DNA from: Candidatus Thorarchaeota archaeon
Lineage (GTDB): Archaea > Asgardarchaeota > Thorarchaeia > Thorarchaeales > Thorarchaeaceae
DNA length: 64,000 nucleotides
Direction of reading: 5' to 3'
Assembly: GCA_046482545.1 (NCBI GenBank)
Contig: JAWOEX010000028.1
Location: forward strand, 128,001-192,000
Below, piece after piece: positions 21,142 through 31,115 of the stretch (the stretch's first letter is position 1; each line of letters begins with the position of its first letter). A program made the position numbers and the translations under genes. The notes beneath the pieces were generated by a model, which was not told the origin of the DNA, made no database searches, and was given only the letters and a program-made list of their open reading frames with translations.

Positions 21142-22692
21142 TCATGGAAGAGGTGGCGTGATTTGTGTATCCTTCTCCCATTCAACCGAGTAGGTATAAT
21201 CGATGGCGGTCTTTTCCTCGGCAAGAATTTCAAACTCCCATTCTATGACACCTAGCTCAATGCTCTTGTACTCGCGATTGACATCTTCGAGTTCTACGCT
21301 GATTCGATCTGAGTCGCTGTGTGGAATACGATCGATGATTCGTACATTGATAGCTTCTTTGGCAAAGCTCTCGAGTTCCAACCGATAGGTGTACTCCCGT
21401 TGTTTCTTGCCTCTTGTTAATCCAGCCCGCTCAGTCTCTTTCTCAAGCATCTTTTTCTCACCCTGCACGTCATACGCTCCTCGGGTACCCAGATAGAATT
21501 CCTCCCGCGGAGCCACTGTCGAAATTGCAGTTTCACTTAGGAAGTCACCGTCAGAATAGACCTTCATCTTTCCAGGAATGATTAGCGAGTCACCATTGAT
21601 GATGCGATTCTGAATGACAAATTCATCCATAGCATATGCGTTCCAATAATAGACTTCTTCGCTGTCAAATTCCTCTTCGAGCAAGGTGACTGGATGCTGG
21701 TCCCTATCGGCAGGAATCGACACCTCTCCGGGAACTTGAAACACCATACCTCCGCTTGCAGTCTCAGAAACTCTTGCAGAGGTGGTCCTCATTTCTTCAA
21801 GGTTTCCGTACGATTTCTCCATATGCGCGATTACATCTTCAACTCTATCGAGAGGTCTTTCCGTATCCGATCGCCTGGTCTGGATGTAGAGGGGGTCAGC
21901 CTCGACTCTGCTTACAGGTTTGGCCGACGCAGTTGATACTGTCAGTTCTACTTCAGCCCAGTCTTCGAGGCTATGATTCCATACCAGAGCAAGTCTCTTC
22001 AAGGCGGTTTTATTGCTCATGAGGTCTATGTCATACTGAGGTAGCCATCGAGCTTCCCGAACTTGATATGTCACCTTGAAGTGAACGACGCATTCTTCTT
22101 CTACGTCCAAGCCTATTCTCACTTCTTTTGTCGATTCTATTTTTCGTTCTCCCTCGATTCGTTGTAAAGAAGATCTGACTGCGGCTATCTTGGCATCAAT
22201 CTCTTTCATTTTTGCCCTTGACTCTCGGAGACTTGCATGTGCTTCGGTACGCATAGCGGTGGTTTTCTCATCAATGGCTGCCATTGCACTGATTTCACTA
22301 TCACCAAATGCATATCGCTTCCCAAACTCTTCAGAGAAAGTATTTAGCATAATCTGTAGACGCTCTATCCGCCCCTCTTCGATGGCAATTTCTTCACTAA
22401 TGCCGTTTCTCTCATCTTCGAGCTTTCTTAGCTTGTTTCTGAGCGTCTCTGTATCACCTCCTGGCTGAAAGATTTCCTTGCGCGTATCTACCTTTATCCC
22501 ACGGATAGTTGCCTTCCCGGTCCCTTTCAGACGGAAGCTATCGTCTTCAGCAAAGTGTGTTATTCCACCTACTACGATTTCCTGCTTTCCTTGACTAAGT
22601 GATGCTTCTCCCATTCTTGTTATTCGGGCCCCATCTACAAATACCGTGACTCTCTCAACTGGTGCTTCTACAATCGTAGCCAAATCATTCAC
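21142..22692 (-). CDS. DUF4139/DUF4140 (MuiA-like) protein, paralog 2
   Basis: VERVTVFVDGARITR, central coiled coil, ARWLPQYDI, N-x-S-x-EDW...VSTA, IIDRIPHS. Confidence 0.88.
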   Translation of the reverse strand: MNDLATIVEAPVERVTVFVDGARITRMGEASLSQGKQEIVVGGITHFAEDDSFRLKGTGKATIRGIKVDTRKEIFQPGGDTETLRNKLRKLEDERNGISEEIAIEEGRIERLQIMLNTFSEEFGKRYAFGDSEISAMAAIDEKTTAMRTEAHASLRESRAKMKEIDAKIAAVRSSLQRIEGERKIESTKEVRIGLDVEEECVVHFKVTYQVREARWLPQYDIDLMSNKTALKRLALVWNHSLEDWAEVELTVSTASAKPVSRVEADPLYIQTRRSDTERPLDRVEDVIAHMEKSYGNLEEMRTTSARVSETASGGMVFQVPGEVSIPADRDQHPVTLLEEEFDSEEVYYWNAYAMDEFVIQNRIINGDSLIIPGKMKVYSDGDFLSETAISTVAPREEFYLGTRGAYDVQGEKKMLEKETERAGLTRGKKQREYTYRLELESFAKEAINVRIIDRIPHSDSDRISVELEDVNREYKSIELGVIEWEFEILAEEKTAIDYTYSVEWEKDTQITPPLP

Positions 22693-22695
22693 ATC

Positions 22696-24294
22696 CTAGG
22701 GCAGAGGAGGATAAACCGCTCTGCCTCGTTTCCACTCTATCACATACTCGTACTCAATGATGTGTTTCTCCTCACTTGGAATTTTTAGATGCCAAGTGAA
22801 TACTCCTAAGCGATGTTTGTCCGGATTAACCTTCTTAAGGTCAGTTTTAACTCTAAGGTCGGGTTCATTACTGTGGGGAATGCGATCTACCACTTCAATC
22901 TCGATAGTTCTCTTGGATAAGTTCTCTATCGTCAGCCGATACACGTATTCCCTTCTGAGCTTGCCTCTAGTCAGGCCAGCTTTCTCAATGTTTTTGTCTA
23001 TCAATTTCTTCTCAGCTTTGACGTGATGTGCGATCCGCGTCCCAAGAGTCCTCTTCTCGCGAGGTGAAGTGAAAGGTATGCTTGTTTCACCAACATATTC
23101 ACCATCGGCGTAGATTTTGGCCGTTCCGGCCATCAAGGCACTGTTTCCATTAACAACCTCATTCTCTGCTACAACTTCCATCATGCCATCTGGATACCAG
23201 TAGTATATGGTCTTTGAATCAAGCTTCTCAGTACTTAGGTCTACAGGTTTCTTCTCTCCCGCTTCTATAGTGACTGGAGAAGGAAGCTCATAGCGTGAGA
23301 TGCCACCTTCCACTTCTTGGAATTCAGCCTCCTCAATTGCCATTTCAGCTTCCGGAGGGGGAGCTGCAGCCTTCTTTGGTTCTGCTGCCGGCATTGCAGC
23401 CCTGACACCACCTCCACGTGCCGCCATTTTCTTCTTCGATGGCCTTGGAACAAATTCTCTCAGAATCAGGGGTCTTCCTTCTACCGCATCTACCGGCCTT
23501 GCTTTTGCACTCGAAACAACCAGATCAATATCCTGCCAGTCCTCACCAGTTTGGTTATGAACAACTGCAATCCTTCTGACTTCTGCTTCGGATTCAATTA
23601 GGTTGATATCGTAGTTTGGCTCCCAAGATGCAGAAGAGCACTGGTAAGAAACATTCAGCACAATATTAGTGGTCTCTTGTACATCAAGATTGACTCGTAC
23701 CTCATACGTGTTTTCGGTCAATTGTTCCGCCGACTTGTCAGCGATCTTATGCTTGAGAACCTGTATTTGGCTGATTACGTCCTTTCTTTTCTTTGACAAA
23801 TGATTGAGCTCTTCCTTAATGGCTCGAATCAATTTCAGAGACTCTGCCTCCATCTCAGTGAGTTTCTGGATTCCCACTTCTCCTCCGGCGAACGTACGGC
23901 CAAATGTATCATAAAAGTCACCAATAACAGCATTCACCACACTTAACCGGGCTTCGTTAATCTCGATTTGATCATCGATTTCATTCAGCTTTCTCTCAAG
24001 ACCTCGAAGCTCTTCTCTCAGAACAGATACATCTGCTTCAGGGGAGACAACTTTGGTTTGTTTAATCACCTCGAAATTGGAGATTGTTGCTGCCCCCGTT
24101 CCTGTTACTCGAAAACTGTCTCTTGACGCATCGATGGTTATACCCCGCATCCAAATCTCACGCGAGCCAGTCTCAAGTTTCGTACTGCCGGTTCTGGTTA
24201 CTATAGCACCATCTAACAGGACGCTGACCCTAGTAACCTCAGTCTTCAAGTCGGTCAAAATAATCTGCCTGTTGTTTTTAGACATAGGCGACAT
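22696..24294 (-). CDS. DUF4139/DUF4140 (MuiA-like) protein, paralog 1
   Basis: VTRVSVLLDGAIVTR, coiled coil, ASWEPNYDI, NQTGEDW, VVDRIPHS; same YPPLP/TPPLP C-terminus as paralog 2. Confidence 0.88.
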   Translation of the reverse strand: MSPMSKNNRQIILTDLKTEVTRVSVLLDGAIVTRTGSTKLETGSREIWMRGITIDASRDSFRVTGTGAATISNFEVIKQTKVVSPEADVSVLREELRGLERKLNEIDDQIEINEARLSVVNAVIGDFYDTFGRTFAGGEVGIQKLTEMEAESLKLIRAIKEELNHLSKKRKDVISQIQVLKHKIADKSAEQLTENTYEVRVNLDVQETTNIVLNVSYQCSSASWEPNYDINLIESEAEVRRIAVVHNQTGEDWQDIDLVVSSAKARPVDAVEGRPLILREFVPRPSKKKMAARGGGVRAAMPAAEPKKAAAPPPEAEMAIEEAEFQEVEGGISRYELPSPVTIEAGEKKPVDLSTEKLDSKTIYYWYPDGMMEVVAENEVVNGNSALMAGTAKIYADGEYVGETSIPFTSPREKRTLGTRIAHHVKAEKKLIDKNIEKAGLTRGKLRREYVYRLTIENLSKRTIEIEVVDRIPHSNEPDLRVKTDLKKVNPDKHRLGVFTWHLKIPSEEKHIIEYEYVIEWKRGRAVYPPLP

Positions 24295-24495
24295 TTATCT
24301 TTTGAGTCTGGGGTTTTATTGGAGTCACTCGTGAAAAGCCTGTAGTTATGAATATATCTAGGCATGAAAACGGAAATATTTAGAGATTTGGCATTTTCAA
24401 ATTTGAATACTTCAGATTCTTACTTCTCTGTTCTCTTTTCACACAGGACACTTGTTAACCGAGTATTTATATGGATTCATGTATCTAGATGATTA

Positions 24496-24516
24496 ATATG
24501 TAGACAATCTACATAT
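24496..24516. promoter_or_regulatory. Inverted repeat operator ATATGTAGA-CAA-TCTACATAT, probable PadR site
   Basis: Perfect 9-bp arms between a TTTATA box (24466-24471) and the ATG at 24529; a PadR-family gene is second in the unit. Confidence 0.6.
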
Positions 24517-24528
24517 GGAGATGATGAT

Positions 24529-25020
24529 ATGGCTAATCTAATCGTTTTGGTTCTCGTACGATTCTTCCATAACCTATTCACAGTCATGTGGATTGGAGGC
24601 ATGCTGATGCTGGCTATTTGCGTAATGCCCGCTATTCGTAAGAATACTGAAAAACCAGGAAGATCCAAGCTCTTGTCGGCGATACAACAACGCGTGAATA
24701 AGATAGTAGGTATCAGTATCTTGGGCCTTTTTGTCACTGGAGTCTTGATGAGCAATTTCGCTCCCCTTTTCCAAGGCTATCTTTCTATTGCAAATCAGTA
24801 TTCATTCATACTCACTTTGAAACACGTGACAGTAGGCCTTATGATCATAATTACATTCCTAAGAAATTGGCTTACATCTGCTAAGAAAACAAAAGAGAAA
24901 CCTGGACAACCGAGAATTACAGCGATTCTTTTGATTGTAAACCTCTTCCTTGGTCTTGTGGTGCTGCTGCTAAGTGGCTGGACAGCTGCCCTCACTTCAA
25001 TCCTAGCTAGTTCCAGTTGA
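24529..25020 (+). CDS. Four-TM membrane protein (CopD-like)
   Basis: HNLFTVMWIGG, LFVTG and LTLKH motifs. Confidence 0.7.
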   Translation: MANLIVLVLVRFFHNLFTVMWIGGMLMLAICVMPAIRKNTEKPGRSKLLSAIQQRVNKIVGISILGLFVTGVLMSNFAPLFQGYLSIANQYSFILTLKHVTVGLMIIITFLRNWLTSAKKTKEKPGQPRITAILLIVNLFLGLVVLLLSGWTAALTSILASSS

Positions 25021-25090
25021 TTCACGTCTAACTCTTTCCGGAAGACAACGGAGAACGTTTCATCTTGAAAATCAGAGGAATTTACGAGGC

Positions 25091-25465
25091 ATGAATGACG
25101 CAAGTAACAGCGAACCAACAGATTCACTAGATCCGCTGCCTTTAGTTCGGGCAATACTCCTTTCGGAGATATGGGCTAATCCGGGCTCTTCAGGGTATGA
25201 TCTGATGAAGCTGAGCTCTGAGCTCATAGATTCATACGTGCCAATACAATCCGGTACTGTGTATGGAGAGCTTCGTAATATGCAGAAAGAGGAACTAGTA
25301 ATCTCCAAGCAAGAAGACTCAGGTAGGCGTCGACGCGAATACAGAATCACGGAAAGAGGGAAGAAGACTCTGGAAAGGCTCTATACGCAAATCAAGTCAA
25401 GAGTGGAATATGTACTCACACCATTGCTCTCGCTGATTCAATCACTCACACAAGGTGGTTCATAA
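25091..25465 (+). CDS. PadR-family transcriptional regulator
   Basis: SGYDLMK, GTVYGELRNMQKEELV, RRRREYRITERGK. Confidence 0.9.
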   Translation: MNDASNSEPTDSLDPLPLVRAILLSEIWANPGSSGYDLMKLSSELIDSYVPIQSGTVYGELRNMQKEELVISKQEDSGRRRREYRITERGKKTLERLYTQIKSRVEYVLTPLLSLIQSLTQGGS

Positions 25466-25578
25466 TAACAACTAGAATCAGGCGGTAAGCGATTAGCTTC
25501 TGCGTTTGACGGAGTAACACCGGCAAAGTAATTGACTATCAGATTCACCTGCTGTGTCGATTTAGGGGGCAATGGGCT

Positions 25579-26142
25579 TTAATGCTCGGTCGCCCTCTGA
25601 AATGCTGCTATTTTTTCCGGATGCCACGGGATATTGCTTAGAGTGGGTGGATTGGATTTCACCAATGCGGGAAGGATACACAACTCAGACGCAGCTAGGA
25701 GCGCCTGTATTTTTGTTCTGACATCGCCTACAGAATCGTTTCTTTGAATAGGCTCAAGATTGGCGATCCCAAAGCCTTCAAGCAGAGACGGATAGTTGAG
25801 AGTCTCAGAAGTAGTTTGCTGATGCCCTGTTGTAGCATATTCGTTATTATCGAGGACTAGAATCCTCAGATTCCGCGGACGCACGAAAGAAGTAGTTGCT
25901 AGAGAGCCTAATCCCATCAACAAATTGCCATCTCCAGCAATAACGAGAACTCGTTTTTCAGGGCAGGATAGTGCCACTCCTAGACCAACTGGAATCCCTA
26001 ATCCCATACTCCCCCGCAAGTAGATTTGGGGTCGCGGTAAGTAATGATAGACTTGCCTGCTAATATTTCCGTTTGTACTGACTATTACGTCATCTCCAGT
26101 TAGGAATTGTGCAATCTCTTGGATTATCTCATAGCCATACAT
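25579..26142 (-). CDS. TPP-binding decarboxylase beta subunit (sulfopyruvate/phosphonopyruvate decarboxylase, ComE-like)
   Basis: GSMGLG, GDGNLLM...LDNNEYATTGHQ TPP motif. Confidence 0.88.
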   Translation of the reverse strand: MYGYEIIQEIAQFLTGDDVIVSTNGNISRQVYHYLPRPQIYLRGSMGLGIPVGLGVALSCPEKRVLVIAGDGNLLMGLGSLATTSFVRPRNLRILVLDNNEYATTGHQQTTSETLNYPSLLEGFGIANLEPIQRNDSVGDVRTKIQALLAASELCILPALVKSNPPTLSNIPWHPEKIAAFQRATEH

Positions 26143-26144
26143 GG

Positions 26145-26651
26145 TTATCCCACTACTCCCTTCCTTACTATTAGAGCTACAGGTCTCGATGTTTCCTCTA
26201 GTTTGACGATTGCTTTCTCCAGAGTCTGTCGCCAGCCTTTCTCTTCAAGATTCCAGAACGGAACACGATAGCACTCCAATGCATCTTCAGTCAATTCACC
26301 CATTAGGGAGTGTTCAGGAAAGCCATTATCAGGTTTGAGGCCTCGATAACTGACAATCAGTAACATTGGCAATTTATACAGCTGAGCGAGAGAAGTCAAC
26401 GCATCACCAATTGTGGCATATCCTGAATTTTGCATTACTATAAAGGCCCTTCCGCCGCCTAGCGCCACTCCTGAGGCAATTCCTACTGCTTCGTCCTCTC
26501 TTGTGGCTGGCACGTATTTGACCGAGTCTAGTTCGCCAAGTTCGTTTAACAACGGAGCGAAATATGAACAAGGCACGCCAGTGCCAAATGAAAAGCCATT
26601 CTCGAGTAGGAACGTCAGGAAATCTCTTGCGTCAATCATCACTATGGTCAT
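26145..26651 (-). CDS. Decarboxylase alpha subunit (sulfopyruvate/phosphonopyruvate decarboxylase, ComD-like)
   Basis: GVPCSY, TREDEAVGIASG, MQNSG, SYRG...PEH. Confidence 0.88.
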   Translation of the reverse strand: MTIVMIDARDFLTFLLENGFSFGTGVPCSYFAPLLNELGELDSVKYVPATREDEAVGIASGVALGGGRAFIVMQNSGYATIGDALTSLAQLYKLPMLLIVSYRGLKPDNGFPEHSLMGELTEDALECYRVPFWNLEEKGWRQTLEKAIVKLEETSRPVALIVRKGVVG

Positions 26652-26798
26652 GAGGTCACTATTCTTTAAGTATACTGCTTGAGAGGCGCATATTCATCAG
26701 CTGTTTTGTGGTCGCCGACTAATTTTCTCTAGGTTAGGAGGGGCATTTAATATAAGGAACTGTTTCATAGAAACCTCAATACATTAAGAGGATGAACC

Positions 26799-28202
26799 AT
26801 GCTAAATCTGGAAACTATGCTCAATCCTGAATCCGCTGCTGTACTCGGAGTATCAACAACAAATGCATTTTCACCAGGCTCAGTGATTTTCAGGAAGCTC
26901 GCTTTCGAAAACGACCTACCAACATATCCCATCAATCCTAAGGGCGGCAAAGTAGAAGGTAGAGAGGTGTACAAGTCAATAGGCGATGCGCCGGATGTTG
27001 ATTTGGCGGTCATATCAATCCCCGCTAAGTATGTCCCTTCGGCGCTTGAAGATTGCGGAAAGAAAGGGATAAAGGCGGTCATAGTGGTTTCTGGTGGGTT
27101 CAGTGAAACTGGGGAGACTGGGAAGACTCTGCAACATGATATTGTCAATATTGCCGATAAGTACGAAATGACAATGGTTGGACCTAACTGCATCGGTGTT
27201 TATGTTCCGAACATGCTCGATACGTTCTTTTTGCCCTCTGAGCGAGTAGCTAGACCTCGTAAAGGATCGGTTGCGATAGTATCTCAGAGTGGTGGTTGGC
27301 TCATTGAAAGACTGGAAGAATTCGCTCACCGCGACGTTGGTATAGCCGCAGCCGTTTCAATTGGAAATGCAGCACAAACCAATGTCACTGACCTAGTAGC
27401 CCATTTTGGTTCAAAACCGGAAGTGAGCACGATTCTCGCTTATCTAGAAGGATTCAGCCCAAGCGGTGGGAGAAAATTTGTTAAGAAATGTAGAGAGGTG
27501 TCTCCTGAGAAACCTGTCATTGTGCTCAAAGGAGGGGATTCAGACGCGGGCCAAAGAGCGACACAGAGCCATACTTCTTCTCTTGCAGGCAATAATCGAA
27601 TTGCCGTCTCGGCATTCAAGCAATATGGAGTGCTCGATGCTGTAGATGAAGATGAAGTCATGGCATATTCGAAAGTGTTCTCGTTCAAGCCAAATCGTAT
27701 GAGAGGACCAAAAGTGGGGGTTCTCAGCGTGAGTGGTGGGCACGGTGTCATCGCCTCAGACGAAGCTGAACACTACGGACTAGAGTTTCCGCGTTTCCGC
27801 AAAGAACACCAAGAAGCCATGAGAGAAGCCATGACCCCCGCTTATCGAGATATATCGTCATTTATCAATCCGTGCGATCTCACAGGTAGCGCTTCCGATA
27901 TTGATTATGAGCGTGTTCTGGATGTTATGTTGGAAATCGAGTATATTGATGCTGCGCTCCTCCTCCTGTTACCATATGCACCCGGTATATCGCTGCAAAT
28001 AGGTGCGAAAGTAGCCAATGTAGCAAAAGAACACGATAAAACTGTAGTAGCCTATGTGCCAAATCTCAGGAAGTATGAGGTCATAATTCGGGGATTCGAG
28101 CTTAACGGAATTCCGTGTGGTGACACAATTGAAGAGGCAGTTCAAATGCTGAATGGTATCAGACAGCATTCCGAATTCCTGCAACGCATAGGGCATCTAT
28201 GA
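26799..28202 (+). CDS. acdA: Acyl-CoA synthetase (ADP-forming), alpha subunit
   Basis: CoA-binding N-terminus, GPNCIG, SQSGG, SHTSSLAG phospho-His motif, NPCDLTG. Confidence 0.88.
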   Translation: MLNLETMLNPESAAVLGVSTTNAFSPGSVIFRKLAFENDLPTYPINPKGGKVEGREVYKSIGDAPDVDLAVISIPAKYVPSALEDCGKKGIKAVIVVSGGFSETGETGKTLQHDIVNIADKYEMTMVGPNCIGVYVPNMLDTFFLPSERVARPRKGSVAIVSQSGGWLIERLEEFAHRDVGIAAAVSIGNAAQTNVTDLVAHFGSKPEVSTILAYLEGFSPSGGRKFVKKCREVSPEKPVIVLKGGDSDAGQRATQSHTSSLAGNNRIAVSAFKQYGVLDAVDEDEVMAYSKVFSFKPNRMRGPKVGVLSVSGGHGVIASDEAEHYGLEFPRFRKEHQEAMREAMTPAYRDISSFINPCDLTGSASDIDYERVLDVMLEIEYIDAALLLLLPYAPGISLQIGAKVANVAKEHDKTVVAYVPNLRKYEVIIRGFELNGIPCGDTIEEAVQMLNGIRQHSEFLQRIGHL

Positions 28203-28231
28203 CTCACATCAGTAACTAAACTGTAAGATAT

Positions 28232-29362
28232 TCAGTAGATGTGCATATAGCTGCGATAATCAAGCCCTAGAGCTTTCAAGAGCTCGAATAGGCTCCCGCC
28301 AAGAATCAATCGTGACCTTCTCAGCTCCTCTACTGTCTGCGCTCCAATCAGATACATGCTGACTCGTATAGATTCGATCATTTGCTCCAGTAGTTCGACG
28401 AGGTCGTGGGAGGTTCCTCTTACAGCCGCATCTAATAATGGATGGGCCAATCCTGCCGCAACAGCTCCTAGCGAAACACATTTGGCCACATCAAGGCCGC
28501 TTCTAATGCCTCCTGTAGCCATAATCGGAATCTCAGTACCTTCCAAAGCCATGATGAGGCTCAGGGCCGTTGGAATGCCCCAGTCCCAGAACTCCTGGCC
28601 CAAGTGAGCCTTTGTAGAATCCCCATCTCGTAAGGCTCTATAGTATTCCACCGCAGACCAGCTTGTCCCACCAGCACCACCAACATCGATAGCGGCTACT
28701 CCCGCCTCCTGAAGAGACCTTGCTGCATCGGCGGATATGCCTGCGCCTGTTTCTTTGACAATCACGGGGACTTCTACAGCATCTACTATTTCTCTTATGC
28801 TTGCAAGAACACCACGTGAATCGCAATCACCCTCTGGCTGGACCGCTTCTTGTAAGGTATTCAGATGAATCGCCAGCAGGTCAGCATCAATCATATTGAC
28901 TGCATCAGACGCGTTACGAACATGGGTCGCGCCTATATTGGCAATTATCGGGACAGAAGGTGCTGATTCCCTGACAACTCTAAATGTGTCCTCGAGCGAT
29001 GGATTCTCCAGAGCCGCACGTTGACTTCCTACACCGATGGGCAAGCCAACTGTTTCAGCAGCTTCGGCAAGCCGCTTGTTTATTGTGTAGGTTTTGGGGT
29101 GACCACCAGTCATCGCAGCTATCACGATTGGTGCTGCCGCTTCAAGACCGATGAAATCGATTGTCAAGTCAATATCGTCTTTGCTAATCTCTGGAATTGC
29201 ATTATGAATGAATGAAACGTCTTCCAGAAGCGTTGGTCGAGTATATTGAACATCTTCCTCAAGACAAATCTCGATGTGCTCCAATTTTCGTTTCTGAGTC
29301 GCTCTAGCTTCAGGTGAATCTGAATCTAATCCATGTTCCGGCTTGGATTGATCTTTCGCCAT
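28232..29362 (-). CDS. fni: Type 2 isopentenyl-diphosphate delta-isomerase
   Basis: RKLEHI, AMTGG, GVGSQR, HLNTLQEAVQPEGD, VKETGAG, GAGGTSW; start placed at ATG 29362. Confidence 0.95.
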   Translation of the reverse strand: MAKDQSKPEHGLDSDSPEARATQKRKLEHIEICLEEDVQYTRPTLLEDVSFIHNAIPEISKDDIDLTIDFIGLEAAAPIVIAAMTGGHPKTYTINKRLAEAAETVGLPIGVGSQRAALENPSLEDTFRVVRESAPSVPIIANIGATHVRNASDAVNMIDADLLAIHLNTLQEAVQPEGDCDSRGVLASIREIVDAVEVPVIVKETGAGISADAARSLQEAGVAAIDVGGAGGTSWSAVEYYRALRDGDSTKAHLGQEFWDWGIPTALSLIMALEGTEIPIMATGGIRSGLDVAKCVSLGAVAAGLAHPLLDAAVRGTSHDLVELLEQMIESIRVSMYLIGAQTVEELRRSRLILGGSLFELLKALGLDYRSYMHIY

Positions 29363-29512
29363 GGTGATTCTCCGGAGAAACCAACTAATACACCATACAT
29401 AGCGGTTTTGGTTATAGCCAGTTAGGAACGTATACATGCATACGAAAGGAAAACTTGCGCCATGCGAAGCCTTTATCCAAGAGACGTGCATCTCTTACAA
29501 AGGGATTCATCT

Positions 29513-30031
29513 ATGGATGATGATGAAACATATCGGCTAGAGGAGGCCGATGAAAGAGAACAAAGGACTGGAATCTCAAAGCCCCTTCCAGAAGCACCAA
29601 CGAAAAAGGGAAAGCCCATCGTAAACTTCCTTGGAATTTCTATGGAAGAGAATCGAAGAGATTTACTCGTTTTTGTTATAACACCGATAATAGTAGGACT
29701 TGCTGATGCTGCTATTTTTGCTAGGATAACAACAGGTACTATCGCCCAAAGTCAAGTATTCATTTTCGTATTGCCGATGTTCGCCGCTATTCCTGTTGGA
29801 TTGTTACTGCCCAGGGCAGGCAGGGCTCTGATCGGTGGATTTCTCTCTGCAATATACTTCGCAATTTTATTCGTCCTGTTTCTCATCAGCCCCGCATTCT
29901 ATGACCCAACGAGTGGAATAGGGAGTTTCTTCATTTCCGCTGTCGCCATAACCGCTGGATACTTCTTTTTCGTGAGCATGGCATCCCTTCTGGGAGTGTT
30001 TATTGGACTTCTGTTGCGGGAATTCTTCTAG
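29513..30031 (+). CDS. Hypothetical four-TM membrane protein
   Basis: Four hydrophobic segments; GAAGCCTTTATC BRE/TATA-like element at about 29466-29477 favours the start at 29513. Confidence 0.7.
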   Translation: MDDDETYRLEEADEREQRTGISKPLPEAPTKKGKPIVNFLGISMEENRRDLLVFVITPIIVGLADAAIFARITTGTIAQSQVFIFVLPMFAAIPVGLLLPRAGRALIGGFLSAIYFAILFVLFLISPAFYDPTSGIGSFFISAVAITAGYFFFVSMASLLGVFIGLLLREFF

Positions 30032-30349
30032 ATAACCCTGATTCTTCTGAGTAAATCTGATTGCTTCTGATGATGCGCATATCGAGAGAGTACCGGGGTA
30101 GCGGAAGTACAGGACAAAGACCGGTGGGCACTGGGGTTTCTAGTTGTTGTGGCGATCTCCGTGGAGCGGATGGGTCCTCGGACAAAGGATTCACCCTATG
30201 ACTGAAGTGAAGAGGTTTCTAGTAATTCCTAAGCAAAAGCGGCTGAGATTATGCTCTGGAGTAATCTGCACAAATTGTTGGAATGAGTGCATCATGCTCG
30301 TTTATCCGCTTGTAGAGGTGGAGATGTACCCTATCTCCACCGATTCTAG

Positions 30350-31102
30350 CTAGAAGCGCTCCTGAAGCGTCCGTTGGTGGACTGAGCAGGCAAGAAGCCA
30401 CAGCGCTATCGCTGCCAAAGTAATCACGACCAAACTCACAAATGGCGACACGAAACCTCTGCCAAACATGGCAGTGTTCTGAATATCAACGAGATAGGTC
30501 AGTGGTGAGAGCAGTGTTAGGGGCAATAGGAACTCAGGCATGGTCTCAAGAGAAACAAAAACTCCGCTGATAAACACAAGCGGAAACTTGACCATGGTCG
30601 ACAGCATCATTATGGTGGATGTCTGGTCGGTTGCAGGAGCGGATAGCAATAATCCAAAGAAAGAGAAACACACACACCCAACTGTGACTCCTGCTAACAT
30701 GAGTGCAATGTCATAGAGTGTCATCTCCACTACTAGGAGAGCCAGGATGATCGGTGTCGCACAAGAGATGAGCGAGAAGATGGTTGATGATAGCGCATCA
30801 CCTAACAGGATAGCCCAGAAGGGGACAGGTAGTGTCACCAAACGCTCCAATGTGTGCCCCCTTGTCTCCGTGGGTATGATGACAGGGCCAACGGCTGTGG
30901 ACGCAAAGAAGACCACCATTCCCAATAGTCCAGGCATCAGTTGCGCAGGTTCGACATTTCGGCCTAGAACAAATGAAAGGAAGAAAAAGAAAGGGAAGAG
31001 AAGACCAAATATCAACGTTGGACCTCTGCGATAGTATACGGTCATATTTTTGCGGGCTATTGTGAGAATGCTTCGTAAACTGGCCGGAGAATCAATCTTC
31101 AT
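30350..31102 (-). CDS. ABC-2 type exporter permease
   Basis: Six TMs; ETRGHTLERL...P, FISGVF, SPLTY. Confidence 0.9.
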   Translation of the reverse strand: MKIDSPASLRSILTIARKNMTVYYRRGPTLIFGLLFPFFFFLSFVLGRNVEPAQLMPGLLGMVVFFASTAVGPVIIPTETRGHTLERLVTLPVPFWAILLGDALSSTIFSLISCATPIILALLVVEMTLYDIALMLAGVTVGCVCFSFFGLLLSAPATDQTSTIMMLSTMVKFPLVFISGVFVSLETMPEFLLPLTLLSPLTYLVDIQNTAMFGRGFVSPFVSLVVITLAAIALWLLACSVHQRTLQERF

Positions 31103-31115
31103 ATCATATCAACTC

